Assembly: GCA_963921275.4 (NCBI GenBank)
Contig: OZ001293.3
Span: 5,760,001-5,824,000 of the forward strand
DNA: 64,000 nt
Direction: 5' to 3'
DNA from: an uncultured Hormoscilla sp.
Lineage (GTDB): Bacteria; Cyanobacteriota; Cyanobacteriia; Cyanobacteriales; Desertifilaceae
Shown here in pieces: positions 39,043-51,945 of this stretch. A program made the translations under genes and the position numbers. The notes below the pieces were generated by a model. It did not search any database. It had not been told where the DNA came from and saw nothing but the letters and a program-made list of their open reading frames with translations. Within the stretch, counting starts at the first letter, position 1, and each line of letters begins with the position of its first letter.

Positions 39043-40134
39043 TTAGTCGAGCAACTTCTGGAATACTTCCAGCTGAGTTGTATCTCGGATAATCAGAAAA
39101 ACGCCCAGTCCCAAAAGTAGCATCAACCCCGTCTGCATGACATTCTCTTGAACTTTGGTAGGCAGAGGTTTGCCCCGCAAACCCTCAATCAACAGAAAAA
39201 CTAGCTGTCCGCCATCCAGGGCGGGAAGGGGCAAAATATTCAAAATCGCCAGGTTGATACTAACGATCGCGGCAAAGAACAGCAGGTTAGCAGAGTCAGA
39301 CTGGGCAAACTTCGCCCCGGCCTCGACAATCTTGACTGGACCGCCTACTTGATGCGCTACTGACTTAAAATCAGTGATTAACTGACCAAAACCTTGAACT
39401 GTCCTGACAAAGATATTTTGAAATTGATCAGCAGCTACCCTTAACACCTCAAAGGGATTTTGGGCGGCACGATAGATCGGCGTACCATGGGGATAGAGTT
39501 GCACGCCTATTCGCCCTTTGCCATCTGGTCCTGCTTCCGGCGTCACCCTCAGAGTTAAAATTCTGTCGGTACGCTCAACCATGAGGGGTATTTCCTGGTT
39601 GGGATGCTTTTGAATCTCAGTTTGTAACTTGATAATGGCATTTTCCTCCGCACCCAGTTGCTGACGATTAATAGACAAAATCACGTCCCCAGCAGCGATA
39701 CCAGCGCGGGCAGCAGGCCCATCCCCTGATACTATCTGCGGTACGAGAACTCCTGGTTGATAATCAAGTCCTGCTGGTATTCCCTGAACGGTCAACTGCC
39801 CCACTAGCACTACGTAAGCAAAGACCAAATTAGCAATTACCCCAGCGCTAATCACGATCGCGCGGTCCAGGATCGGGCGATTACTTAACAAATTGGGGTC
39901 ATTGGGGGGGATATCACTATCTGGGTCATCATCGGGAAAACCCACAAAACCCCCCAGGGGAATGGCGCGGATGCCATACTCAGTTTCTGTACCCTGGTAC
40001 TTCCACAATATGGGACCAAAACCCAGAGAGAACCGGTTGGCATGGATGCCTTGCAAGCGAGCTGCCATGAAATGACCTAGTTCGTGAACAACTATCAGCA
40101 CCGCCAGAACTGCGATCGCTCCTAAAACTGACAT
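39043..40134 (-). CDS. rseP: RIP metalloprotease RseP
   Basis: HELGH, PDZ domain and NILPLPALDGG motifs. Confidence 0.95.
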   Translation of the reverse strand: MSVLGAIAVLAVLIVVHELGHFMAARLQGIHANRFSLGFGPILWKYQGTETEYGIRAIPLGGFVGFPDDDPDSDIPPNDPNLLSNRPILDRAIVISAGVIANLVFAYVVLVGQLTVQGIPAGLDYQPGVLVPQIVSGDGPAARAGIAAGDVILSINRQQLGAEENAIIKLQTEIQKHPNQEIPLMVERTDRILTLRVTPEAGPDGKGRIGVQLYPHGTPIYRAAQNPFEVLRVAADQFQNIFVRTVQGFGQLITDFKSVAHQVGGPVKIVEAGAKFAQSDSANLLFFAAIVSINLAILNILPLPALDGGQLVFLLIEGLRGKPLPTKVQENVMQTGLMLLLGLGVFLIIRDTTQLEVFQKLLD

Positions 40135-40197
40135 ATATCTCCTTACCTTTCGCTACACACTTCTTATTGTAGGCTGCTGCTTGTAATTTGACCGGAA

Positions 40198-41493
<1,296 letters not shown>

Positions 41494-41539
41494 CTATATC
41501 CAACCAAAATATTACCATAATTCTTGAGGTGCTTAGCGA

Positions 41540-41823
41540 TCAGTTGTATTAGAGGTAGGTGGTCAGTTGTATTAGAGGTAGGTGGTCAGGGTAAGCGCAA
41601 GAATCATGCTTGGGGCATCTATTCTCAACTATCATGATAATGATTGCCATATTATTGCCAATCTTGCACAAAGCGTGAGATCGTGGCTCCATATCACATT
41701 TTGGCACAATTTTTCTTGCGCTTGCCCTGGGTAGGTGGTCAGTGGTCAGTTGTATTAGAGGTAGGTGGTCAGTTGTATTAGAGGTAGATGGTCAGTTGTA
41801 TTAGAGGTAGGTGGTCAGTGGTC
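41540..41823. repeat. 23-bp tandem repeat array interrupted by a 143-bp MITE (41587-41729)
   Basis: About 5 units of TCAGTTGTATTAGAGGTAGGTGG; MITE TIRs CAGGGTAAGCGCAAGAA / TTCTTGCGCTTGCCCTG; 10-bp TSD GGTAGGTGGT. Confidence 0.85.
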
Positions 41824-42075
41824 ACTCGGCCTGGTACGCGGTCACTGTTCACTAGACCTCTTGCAAAAGTCCCAGGGGGGGGATTATAGATGGACTTAGC
41901 TTGGGCTAATCATCGGGTGCATCCCAGTTTTGCCGTGAGAATAAATATGTAAATATTTATTCTAAGGAAATAAGAGTCTGAGAATTTGCCATTGAGATAG
42001 GCGCAACGATGGAGTAGAACTTGAGCTACATTTGACAGGGTTTACCTTTAGGAGTGCGCAGTCGAACTTTCCCAC

Positions 42076-42132
42076 CTGTATAACTTGACAAGCATGCAGA
42101 TGATAGTATCTCATGCTTGTCAAGTTATACAG
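42076..42132. repeat. Inverted repeat with 21-bp arms
   Basis: CTGTATAACTTGACAAGCATG ... CATGCTTGTCAAGTTATACAG. Confidence 0.8.
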
Positions 42133-42431
42133 CCCGTCGATACTCCGGAACTTCAATTTTTTCAATCTCTTGCGGTAACTCAAATTACTGGCCCTGAACT
42201 AAAGGTTGTTAAGTGCTATGACCAACTGCCATTTCCTTTAAAGCTATCGGAGCTTGTTAGGCATTTTTATAGGATCCATTTGCACTCAGTAACAAGCAAC
42301 AATTTTCTCAATACGGACTGATTTTTGCAGGGCTTTTAACTGGAAATTTATCGGCTTTTTTATTGGTAATTTCAACTTACAAATAATACTTTTTATCCTT
42401 CGGATATAGCCTTTGTTCCGGTTTGTTTCAA

Positions 42432-42668
42432 GAAAATATTTCTGGGGGACAAAAACAACGAGTGGCGATCGCTTGTGCTTTAGTCAGTCATCCCGCCTTA
42501 GTATTGGCGGACTAACCCACAGCGGCCTTAGACAGTAAATCTGGTCGTAACGTTGTCGAACTGATGCAGCAACTAGCCAGAGAGCAGGGGTTGATGGTAA
42601 CTCACGATCGTCCCATTCTCGATCTTGCCGATCGCATCTTGGAGATGGAAGATGGGCGTCTGGTTGAC
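42432..42668 (+). pseudogene. DevA-like ABC ATPase C-terminal fragment
   Basis: SGGQKQRVAIA...LAD*PTAALD...VTHD, with the Walker B Glu replaced by a stop. Confidence 0.8.
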
Positions 42669-42754
42669 TCCCTGGTGACATCCGCAAGTTAGTTGCCATT
42701 AGTAAACAATGCTGTTCACATCTGAAGATGACATCACCGAGTTCCTGTCCTTCG

Positions 42755-43603
42755 TTATCGAGGCCGGGAAGTACGCGCACTCCGAGTTTTTCCGCTAGTT
42801 GTACTCCGAGTGGACTTGGATGAACTTGAAGAGGTGGATCTGCTATTTTGCACAATCCGGGAGGTGCTGCGTATTGTCACATTGCCTTCTTCACGCTGAT
42901 CTAGCACTAGGAGCGGCGTCGGTTTTGCCTTTTGATCCCAATGCAGGCCCACTATGTATCCTTGAATTGTCGGTTGCCAGGTATTATGATCTGCTGTCGG
43001 GCTGAGATAGGTTTCGATGCAGTCAATAATGTCACTAATCGTTTTAGAAGTCGCCTGGGTGCGTAATTTCGTCAGATTAATTCTAATCCGGAACAGAACT
43101 CTTTGTTTCCCTTTCTGTCCTTCTCCTATATTATAAGTGACATCAAATATTGTACTCACCTTACGGCCTTTGCCTGCCCTTGATTCCTTGTTGTTGCCAC
43201 CACGCAGAGCTGGTGCAACTTTTTCTTTCACATTCACCTTAATCTGGTTCACAATCACAAAGTGGAACACATCTTCGTCCATCCGCATTCTCAGATAGTC
43301 CAGGTTAAATTCCCGGGATTGAACCAAATCTGGATTGGTTTCCATTTTGGTGATCGTAGCTAGAGCCAGCTTTAAATTTTTTTGCATATCTTTGTTCTTA
43401 AATTCCTCAAACTTGATTTTCTTTTCCAGCCTTTTAATAATTCGGAATTTGACAAACAATCCGCCACCAATCAGGGCTATCAAGAGTATAACCTAGGGGG
43501 CAAGCAAGATGGGCACCAGCAGGGAATTTCCTGACTCTGCTGAATTTGGCTTGGCTGGAGTTTGAGCCAAAGTGGGTTGATGGAGTATGATACGGTTGAG
43601 CAT
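42755..43603 (-). pseudogene. Hypothetical single-TM protein with an in-frame TAG at codon 37
   Basis: ATG at 43603 is in frame with the 242-aa ORF across a single stop near 43493. Confidence 0.6.
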
Positions 43604-44143
43604 GGTAGATACCTGCTATAAATTCAAATTTATCGTCTGCTTTTATAGATTGCACCAAACCACTGTCCCCAGATGTACGCAAATATAACTAAAATTTAGC
43701 TCTGGGCGATACCAGTGATATCACATAGACAAGCAGATCGCCTTAGAACCGGCGAGGGGAGTTGCTAGATGTGGCCATAGCGGATGTCTTCGGGATCTGC
43801 TGCCGATCTCACTTCACAGGGGGTGTATAAATAGAATATCACCCCTGTCAAGTGACATCGCCTCTGCTTCCAGCATGTATAGATAATTACACTGATTTAG
43901 GGACTATGTTATCTTGGCAAATCAGGTAGATGTAAGGGATTGTCTTTAGGCGAACACGAAACTGTTTGATATCATCTACAATTGCGGATATTATATATGA
44001 TAACATCTGATCGCCAAATTTCCACATCTGCCATACGGTAATATTCATCCACGGTCCCAAGACCCATAGGGCATTTCTATTATTGTTAACTTTTTTCCTA
44101 ATTGCTCAATTCTCCATTAACAATTGCTCCATTCTCCATTCCC

Positions 44144-45169
44144 TTAATACCGAATTCTAGGATCTATGTAAGCGTTCAAGATATCAATTGCAATACTAGC
44201 AATTACCACAATTGTAGCGAAGAACACTACTAAACCTTGGACTGTGGGATAATCTCTGAGGGTAATCGCCTCATACAGTCTATTTCCCAACCCGGGCCAG
44301 GAAAAGGTCACCTCTGTTAACACCGCCCCTCCCAGCATAGCTGCCAAGGTCAGTCCCAAAATGGTAATCACGGGAATCATAGCATTTTTCAAAGCATGGT
44401 ATACTAGAATTCGACTTTCGGGAATTCCTCTTGCTTTGGTCGCTTCCACATAATCAGATTTCAGAGTTTGCTTCAGGTTCACCCGGACAATGCGCTCAAA
44501 AATGCCACTCAGGAGGATACCCAGAGTTAAACTAGGCAGGGCCAGATAATGAATAGCAGTGAGAAACTGCTCCAGGTTACCTGCGAGAATACTATCAATC
44601 GTATATAAACCCGTCGGACCCGCAGGAGGAGTTAAGGCTAAAGAAAAGCGCGTTCCCAAGGGAAACCATCCCAGTTGCACGGCAAAAATTAACTGTAATA
44701 GCATCCCCGCCCAAAAAGCTGGGATTGAATAGGTGATAATGCCAAATAATCGGCCCCCAGCATCCAGAATAGTATTCGGCCGGGAAGCGGCGATCGCCCC
44801 TACAGTAATGCCCAGAATTAGGGCGATCGCCATACTACAGATGGCCAATTCTGCCGTAGCGGGGAAATACTTGCCGATAATTTCCCATACTGTCTGTCCT
44901 CGACTGGTTAAAGAACTACCCAAGTCAAAAGAGAGCAAACTACCGATATAATTAACATATTGCAGCCACAGGGGCAAATCTAAACCTAACTGATTTCTCA
45001 ATTCTGCTTTTGCTGCTGCCGAGGCCCGGGCACCGTAAATAGCATCGACAGGATCTCCCGGTGTTGCCCTGAGCAGCAAAAAGACTAAAGTAGTAATTAG
45101 CCATAGCATCAGGGGCGCTAACAGCAGACGGGCGAAAATATAATATTGTAAAGCTTTGGCACGAGACAT
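44144..45169 (-). CDS. Peptide/nickel ABC transporter permease (DppB-like)
   Basis: PGDP, DYVEATKARG EAA loop and TEVTFSWPGLG...RDYP motifs. Confidence 0.92.
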   Translation of the reverse strand: MSRAKALQYYIFARLLLAPLMLWLITTLVFLLLRATPGDPVDAIYGARASAAAKAELRNQLGLDLPLWLQYVNYIGSLLSFDLGSSLTSRGQTVWEIIGKYFPATAELAICSMAIALILGITVGAIAASRPNTILDAGGRLFGIITYSIPAFWAGMLLQLIFAVQLGWFPLGTRFSLALTPPAGPTGLYTIDSILAGNLEQFLTAIHYLALPSLTLGILLSGIFERIVRVNLKQTLKSDYVEATKARGIPESRILVYHALKNAMIPVITILGLTLAAMLGGAVLTEVTFSWPGLGNRLYEAITLRDYPTVQGLVVFFATIVVIASIAIDILNAYIDPRIRY

Positions 45170-45667
45170 GTTGTCAAATGGTTAATGGTCAAAGGATAAT
45201 GGTGATTGATTGTCGGGTGGGCAATGCCCAACATCCCCTTGGTTATCATAATGGTATAACATAATTATCCTTATGTTACCATAAGTGGAGGCCTAGGACC
45301 GGACTTGCTATATTGACCTTGGAGCAATTGCGCACAATCACCGGAGAAAAGAGAAAATGATAGCGATCGCATCTTCACCATTGGCCGACCAAAATATACG
45401 AGAGTGCCAATTGACTAGTAGATAAGGGAAGGGGGGAGTCGGATAACCAACCAGTTATCCTCAAGGTACTCAAATAAGCAGAGCCTAGCGCCGGTGAAGT
45501 CGCCGGTTCCAACATGGAAGGTGAAGTAGATTACGAAGCGGTTTGAGTATTGGGAGAATGTGTTATAAGGTGTTTTCCCAGCCGTCGGTCTGGCGTATGT
45601 GAGCGAAAAAATGGGGATATTACGCCGGTACCCGAGAATTTGAGGGGACTTGAGGAGGGGTTGGGTG

Positions 45668-45943
45668 ATGTAATTTGAGTGGGATGAAGCAAAGCGTTTT
45701 GCTAATATTGATAAGCATGGTATTGACTTTATAGATGCTCCATCTGTTTTTAATGGCGATCCGGTCACAGTTGAGGACAATAGATATAACTATGGCGAAC
45801 AGCGTTTTGTTACTTTTGGTATATTACAAGGTCGGGGAATCGCTGTTGTCCATACAGAAAGAGATGAGTTGATTCGGATTATTTCGGCAAGGAAGGCGAC
45901 TAAATATGAGCAAAGAATCTATTTTGAGCAAATCTCAAACTGA
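45668..45943 (+). pseudogene. BrnT-family toxin with a stop at codon 2
   Basis: M*FEWDEAK...KHGIDF...IRIISARKATKYE. Confidence 0.8.
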
Positions 45944-46180
45944 TTGGCAACGGATTGATAGGATGGATGATGGCGATATAGATTTATCGGATTGTCCAGA
46001 AGTTACAGAGCAAATGTTTGCGCTTGGCTGTGGTGAGACGGCCAGCATTGAAAAAAGCAGAGGTGATGTTAACGATAGATCGTGATGTTTGGGAATGGTT
46101 TGAGTCCAAAGGTCAGGGCTATGAACGGCAGATAAATGCTTGATTGCGAGAAGATATGGAATTGGTAATGGAGAATTAAA
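45906..46180 (+). pseudogene. BrnA-family antitoxin, frameshifted
   Basis: TDWQRID...IDLSDCPE then DVWEWFESKGQGYERQIN. Confidence 0.75.
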
Positions 46181-46660
46181 ACTTGAAGGTTAGTATAGCG
46201 ACGCTCAATATTTGTGGGGAGATTATGGAAGAAATACAACTGAAATTATTGCAAGGCTTTAATTTCAGCCTCACCAGATTGCCCAAATCATTACCAGGCA
46301 AGAGGATAAAAATATTGCGTGTCATCCGTCGGAAGGGAAAAACTCCCTAGCCCAGAGAACAGGATATGCGCTATACCACCAAGGACAGGCTCAATATGGG
46401 AGTAGGAGAGCACCGGTAGCAGGGCAGAATCTGGTGGGGCGATCGATTGTATTGTATGTGCAGCAGGACTTACCCATCTTGTCCCCTTAGAGATTATCAC
46501 CCTTGTATCGGTGGACGGTCTCCCATGCCTGCCCCCAATAGCAGCCTCCAGTATAACTTGACAGGCGCGATCGGATATTAGCTCAGGTTAAGTGCTCCGG
46601 GGGCGGAAGTTATGATAAGATAAGAATTATGGAGGTCAGAAGAAGAGAAGATGAGTAACG

Positions 46661-49600
46661 ATGAATGGTAAGATATATGCATTGCTAGTTGGAATCGACA
46701 ATTATGCAAAATACCCCCTATCCGGTTGCGTGAACGACATCACAGCAGTGGAAGAGTATCTGCGCGATCGCATCCCAGAGACAAGACTAGCACTCGTCAA
46801 GCTGATCGATGCCGAAGCGACGCGCCAGAATATAATCGATGGCTTTACCACACATCTATGTCAAGCAGGCAGTGAAGATGTAGCGTTATTCTACTATGCC
46901 GGTCACGGGTCCCAAGGGAAAGCTCCCGAAGAACATTGGAATATGGAGCCCGATCGGCTCAACGAAACGATAATATGCTGGGACAGTCGTACAGGGGGAG
47001 CCTGGGACTTAGCAGACAAAGAACTGGCCTACCTGATAGATAAGGTAGGCCAGCGCGACCCGCACATAGTGCTGATCATGGACTGCTGTCACTCTGGTTC
47101 GGGGACCAGAGATATAGATGCAGTAGTGCGGCGGGTTGATGAAATAGACAAGCGCGATCGGCCCTTGAGCAGCTTTATCTTTGCCCAAGAGTCGGCGGAT
47201 CTAGCCTCTCGGGGCTACCAAGAGAATAGCGCTGGCTGGCAGATGCCCAGCAAAAATCACATTCTGCTAGCAGCCTGTCGCAGCGACGAACTGGCGAAAG
47301 AGTACAATGGGGACGGTCAAGCCCGGGGGGCCTTTTCCTACTTTCTGCTCAACAACCTACAGAAAGCTAATGGTAACTTAACCTATCGGGAATTGTTTGA
47401 AAGCACCAATGCCCTAGTGCGGGGGAAAGTTAACGACCAGTCGCCCCAGCTGGAAGCCAGAAATTCCCTTCGAGACGCAGACCAACCTTTTCTGGGAGGG
47501 GCGATCGCCCCTCGAGAACCCTACTTTACCGTTAGTCATGACAAGCAATATGGCTGGATCGTTAATGGCGGTGCGGTGCATGGTCTGCAAAAACCCTCTA
47601 AAGGGGAAACTATCCTAGCCTTATTTCCCTTTGGCACTGATGTGCCACAGTTAAGAGACCCCGAACTGGCCTCTGGTACAGCCAAAGTAACTCAAGTCAG
47701 GCAGCAACTGAGCTTCGTAGATATCTCTGGAATAGAAAATTTAGCAGAAAATCAGACCTTTAAGGCCATTCCGATCGCCCTCCCCCTACCCCGCTTACAA
47801 GTTTCCTTTGAGGGGGAAGAGACAGGAGTGGAACTGGCTTGTCGGGCACTCAAGACGGCAGGAGCCCTATATCGACCTTCATTGTATATCAGCCCTGCCG
47901 AGAACTCAGAAGATATTGACATAGTCCTGGTGGCGGACAAGGGACAGTATATAATCAGGCGGTCAAGGGACGATCGGCCCCTAGTAGCGCCCCTGTCGTT
48001 AAATAGCTCTCCCGCCGGTTACACGGGGGATGACGCATTAAAAGTAATTCGACGTTTAGAACATATTGCCCGCTGGACAAATACCTTAGAACTATCAAGT
48101 CCAGCGGCCAGTGGACTGCGTCCGTCCGACGTAAAAATGGAATTTGTGCTGTTCGACACAGAAACAGCAAGTACAGCTTCAGCAATGCGGCTGGAGTATG
48201 AAGAATATAATGGGGAGTTAGTACCGCCGACCTTAAAGATCAGACTAACCAATAGCAGTCAGCGTACCCTTTATTGCGCAGTCTTAGACCTAGCCGAGAA
48301 TTTTTCGGTGAACAACCCCTTCTTTGATACTAGCACGGTGAAGCTGGAAGCAGGAGCAGAAATTGAGGGCAGGTGGATAGATTTAGTTGTGCCCGACGAG
48401 TTGTGGTCCCAGGGGATAACAGAGTACAAAGATATCTTCAAACTGATCGTCAACACCCAGGAATTTGATGCGAGAATTCTGGAACAAGATGCCCTGGACT
48501 TGCCGACCAGATCCCTAGGAGATACATACCAAAGTCTCTTTAATAGCAAGAGCAATACTCGGGATGCCGTTGCGTCCCGTCGGGGCCGCAGCTATGATGA
48601 TTGGCTCACAAAAGAAGTAGCGATTACCAGTGTCAGACCCCAAGCTGTCCAGTCGGTGAGGTCGGACAGCAGCATCGGACTGTCTCAGATAGTGGAGTTG
48701 CAACCCCATCGGCACTTAAAAGCAAAAGCATGCCTGAGCACTGTGCCCCAGGCAACCAGAGATTTAGGAAATCACATCCTGCCTCCCATTCTCCGAGAAA
48801 ATCCTCATTTGGTCCAACCATTCAAATTCACAGTTACCCGAGGTGCAGATCCAGGCTTGAGTTGTCTGGAACTGACGGAAGTAGAAGATACTGCTGTAGT
48901 CACGCCAGAGGCCCCCCTGAAGTTACTGGTGGACCGCCAGCTCCAGGAAAACGAAAGCATATTACCTGTGGGCTACGATGGAGAATTCTATTTACCATTG
49001 GGTCGGTCTGTCAGCACAAACGATGGGAAAATAGAAATCAGGCTCGATCGTCTACCAGAACCGATTAGCCAGCAAACTCGCAGCGTCCAAGGAGCGGTCC
49101 GCATCTTCTTTGAGAAAGTGATATCTCAGAAATTGGGAACGTCCTTTGAATACCCGATCTTAGCAGTGGCGTCCGTTGACCCACAGGGAAAAGTAAGTTA
49201 TCAAAAGGATATAGAGTCAGTTAAACAGAAAGTGGCTGGGGCCCAGAAAATTATCCTCTACATCCACGGGCTGACAGGAGACACCCAAAGCCTAGTCCCC
49301 AGCGTGCAAACAGCGACAGTAGAAATAGACGGACAAAAGCGATCGCTGGGCGAATTTTATGACCTGGTGCTGACTTATGACCATGAGAGCGTGAACACTC
49401 GGATAGAGGAGACAGCCCGGAAGCTCAAGCAACGGTTAGAAGCAGTAGGTTTAGGAGCAAATCATGGCAAGCAGTTAGATATTATAGCCCACTCAATGGG
49501 AGGTTTGATATCCCGTTGGTTTATCGAGCGAGAAGGCGGGAATCAAATGGTGCAGCACCTGGTGCTTGTGGGCGTGCCGAATGGAGGTTCTCCTTGGGCC

Positions 49601-50338
49601 ACATTACAAGATTGGGCTTTTACTGCCATCACTTTAGGGTTAAACAACCTCTCGGCGATGGGCTGGCAAGCTTCGGGATTGACTAAATTACTCGACGGTA
49701 TAGAGAAGATTGATATTTCCTTCGATCAAATGCGACCAGACTCAGATTTTATCCAACAAATGGCTAACAACCCAGACCCCCAGGTGCCTTATACAATTAT
49801 TGCAGGCAACAGGTCTTTAGCAAAAGCGACGATGGAAACAGGGGAGGAAAATTCACGACTACAGCGACTGATGCAGAAGCTGTTTGGGAAGAAAGTAGAT
49901 GCAGTGGTAGAACCCGCTTTCTGGTACCAAGCAAACGATCTGACAGCGACTGTAGCTAGCATCAAAGATGTTAGGGACGATCGGGATCCGCCGCCCAAAA
50001 AACTGCCAGATACGCCCTGCGACCACTTAACATATTTTACAGAAGAGGCGGGGTTGCATGATTTGGCGATCGCCCTATTTCCCCCTGATTCATCGCCCGT
50101 TATCCGACCGACTCCCGAACAGCCACCGACTCCCGAACAGTCACCGACTCCCGAACAGTCTGAGGAAAAGCAAGAAAAACCTTTCTGGACCAAACCGTGG
50201 TTTATTGCTATCATTATCTTACTGATTGCTGGAGTAACTGCCTACTTAGTGGCCGTCCAACGGTCTCAAGAAAATGAACGGAATACTTCGATGAAAGGCG
50301 ATCTGGAATTAACGATCGACGAAAGGCGATCTGCATGA
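46661..50338 (+). CDS. Caspase-like (C14) peptidase fused to an alpha/beta-hydrolase with a C-terminal TM helix
   Basis: YYAGHG and DCCHSG dyad; YIHGL and AHSMGG nucleophile elbow; PTPEQ linker repeats; hydrophobic helix near the end. Confidence 0.85.
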   Translation: MNGKIYALLVGIDNYAKYPLSGCVNDITAVEEYLRDRIPETRLALVKLIDAEATRQNIIDGFTTHLCQAGSEDVALFYYAGHGSQGKAPEEHWNMEPDRLNETIICWDSRTGGAWDLADKELAYLIDKVGQRDPHIVLIMDCCHSGSGTRDIDAVVRRVDEIDKRDRPLSSFIFAQESADLASRGYQENSAGWQMPSKNHILLAACRSDELAKEYNGDGQARGAFSYFLLNNLQKANGNLTYRELFESTNALVRGKVNDQSPQLEARNSLRDADQPFLGGAIAPREPYFTVSHDKQYGWIVNGGAVHGLQKPSKGETILALFPFGTDVPQLRDPELASGTAKVTQVRQQLSFVDISGIENLAENQTFKAIPIALPLPRLQVSFEGEETGVELACRALKTAGALYRPSLYISPAENSEDIDIVLVADKGQYIIRRSRDDRPLVAPLSLNSSPAGYTGDDALKVIRRLEHIARWTNTLELSSPAASGLRPSDVKMEFVLFDTETASTASAMRLEYEEYNGELVPPTLKIRLTNSSQRTLYCAVLDLAENFSVNNPFFDTSTVKLEAGAEIEGRWIDLVVPDELWSQGITEYKDIFKLIVNTQEFDARILEQDALDLPTRSLGDTYQSLFNSKSNTRDAVASRRGRSYDDWLTKEVAITSVRPQAVQSVRSDSSIGLSQIVELQPHRHLKAKACLSTVPQATRDLGNHILPPILRENPHLVQPFKFTVTRGADPGLSCLELTEVEDTAVVTPEAPLKLLVDRQLQENESILPVGYDGEFYLPLGRSVSTNDGKIEIRLDRLPEPISQQTRSVQGAVRIFFEKVISQKLGTSFEYPILAVASVDPQGKVSYQKDIESVKQKVAGAQKIILYIHGLTGDTQSLVPSVQTATVEIDGQKRSLGEFYDLVLTYDHESVNTRIEETARKLKQRLEAVGLGANHGKQLDIIAHSMGGLISRWFIEREGGNQMVQHLVLVGVPNGGSPWATLQDWAFTAITLGLNNLSAMGWQASGLTKLLDGIEKIDISFDQMRPDSDFIQQMANNPDPQVPYTIIAGNRSLAKATMETGEENSRLQRLMQKLFGKKVDAVVEPAFWYQANDLTATVASIKDVRDDRDPPPKKLPDTPCDHLTYFTEEAGLHDLAIALFPPDSSPVIRPTPEQPPTPEQSPTPEQSEEKQEKPFWTKPWFIAIIILLIAGVTAYLVAVQRSQENERNTSMKGDLELTIDERRSA

Positions 50339-51627
50339 AGGAAAAATTTTGTGGGCGGTAGGGTGGCGATCGTCACCCTACCGTTTTTTTTTGAATTTTC
50401 TATTTTTCCTAAAGGTTTTATATAGTCCGAGCAAAGCTTTTGGGCAATCATTTTTCCAGCCAGAAGATGTCCCGAAGCATTCCAATCTCCCCCACAGGGG
50501 ATGGCGTTATCAAAACCATGTAGGCAAACATTGTTTTGCTCGGCATATTCGGCAAAATCACGTGCCAGATTCATTACTTCAAAATTCTCCTGATCGCCCA
50601 AAGCTTTAACACGCCGATCTGGATAAAACAGATCGTCTACATCCAAATTTACCATCAACTCTTGACGAACTGAAATATCGGGATGTACCTGTTCGGGATT
50701 ACTCAAAGTTATGATTAAAAACTCAGCTCCTTTTTGCACCACTTCATCTCGCATTAACACCATCAGTCCCTCTGTTACCCGCCAGGCTTCTTGCCAAACC
50801 TCCGTTCTGGGCTCTTTGTATATAAAGCTATCACCAATACGAATTTTTTGAATATAATTACTCTTTTCATTTTCTGTTTTTATCTGCTGTTCTTTTTGCT
50901 GTTTGATGACTGACCTTGACCTATTGTTGAGAAGATTCTCGTAGACAAGCTGGAATACTCGTGAATGCTTTTTCAAAAATTATAATAATGGAGTATATAG
51001 CCCTAAAATCCTTGCTTTAAAACTTCGCGTGCGGAATGAGTTATCGGCAACTAACTGACCATCGCGGTAGACAAAGTAAGGACTGTTCTGGGTAACTCCA
51101 GTAACCTCTCGTGAGTTATTTTTTATGTCGTTACCCAGGAAAGCAGCCAACAGGACAATATCGGGGGAATAGTCCCAGACATGACGACGCAAGGTTATTA
51201 GTTCCTGGGCAGTTCCATAACCACTAACTCCAAAATTAAGTACTTCAACTTTCCGTCCCGCTAAAGCTTGACATCCCCTGAGTTCGCGCTCAGTGACGCT
51301 CGCAAAAGTATTTTCCAAGGGAACCTGTCTAGCTTCTGTAAAGGAATCTCCTAGTATCGCAATTCTCAGGGTATTTTCTGGTTTGACCTGGGAACGCTCT
51401 CGGTCTCGCCAACCGTCACTATTGATCCGGACATAGGCTTCACCTTCTTTGCGAAACCAGCCTGATGCACCAGGAAGCAGAACCGTGCCTGTATACTTAT
51501 CCCTAGTCATAAAAATTGGGTAAGAAATACCGGCAATGCGCAAGTAGATTTCCCCTAGGAAAATTCCCAGGGAGAAACCTCCGACTACTAACAAACTATT
51601 TTGCACCAATCGTTTCCAGTTTTTCAT
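50266..51627 (-). pseudogene. SGNH/GDSL hydrolase-like protein split by one in-frame TAA (50980-50982)
   Basis: LGDSFTE, NFGVSGYGT, GND and WNASGH motifs; both ORFs are in the same frame. Confidence 0.8.
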
Positions 51628-51706
51628 ATTTACTTCCAGTAGTCAGCGGTTAGTGGTTAGTGGTCAGGGGTCAGCGGTCGAGCGAAGCAATCCCATTTTC
51701 CTGACA

Positions 51707-51898
51707 GCTAGCGGGACTTGAGAATTTTCTCGGGCAAAAAACGGCTCAAACCCTTACGGAGTAGGCTTTTTACGTCGAAGGGGATCGAATGGCTGAAACC
51801 CTGAGCCGGCGGAGATCTAGACCAGATCGACCTAAAAATGGCTCTGTGAAAGGGTTTGAGGCTCATTTTGACCTATTTTTTCCCAAAGTCCCGCTAGC
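51707..51898. mobile_element. MITE
   Basis: TIRs GCTAGCGGGACT / AGTCCCGCTAGC. Confidence 0.65.
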
Positions 51899-51945
51899 CA
51901 AAGCCAAGTATACTTAATTTATATTGAAGCACAGAATATAAACCC

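Noticed and set aside
41540..41823. 23-bp repeats resembling a CRISPR array
   Set aside because: Units are directly adjacent with no unique spacers; the one interruption is a MITE with TIRs and a TSD; no cas genes
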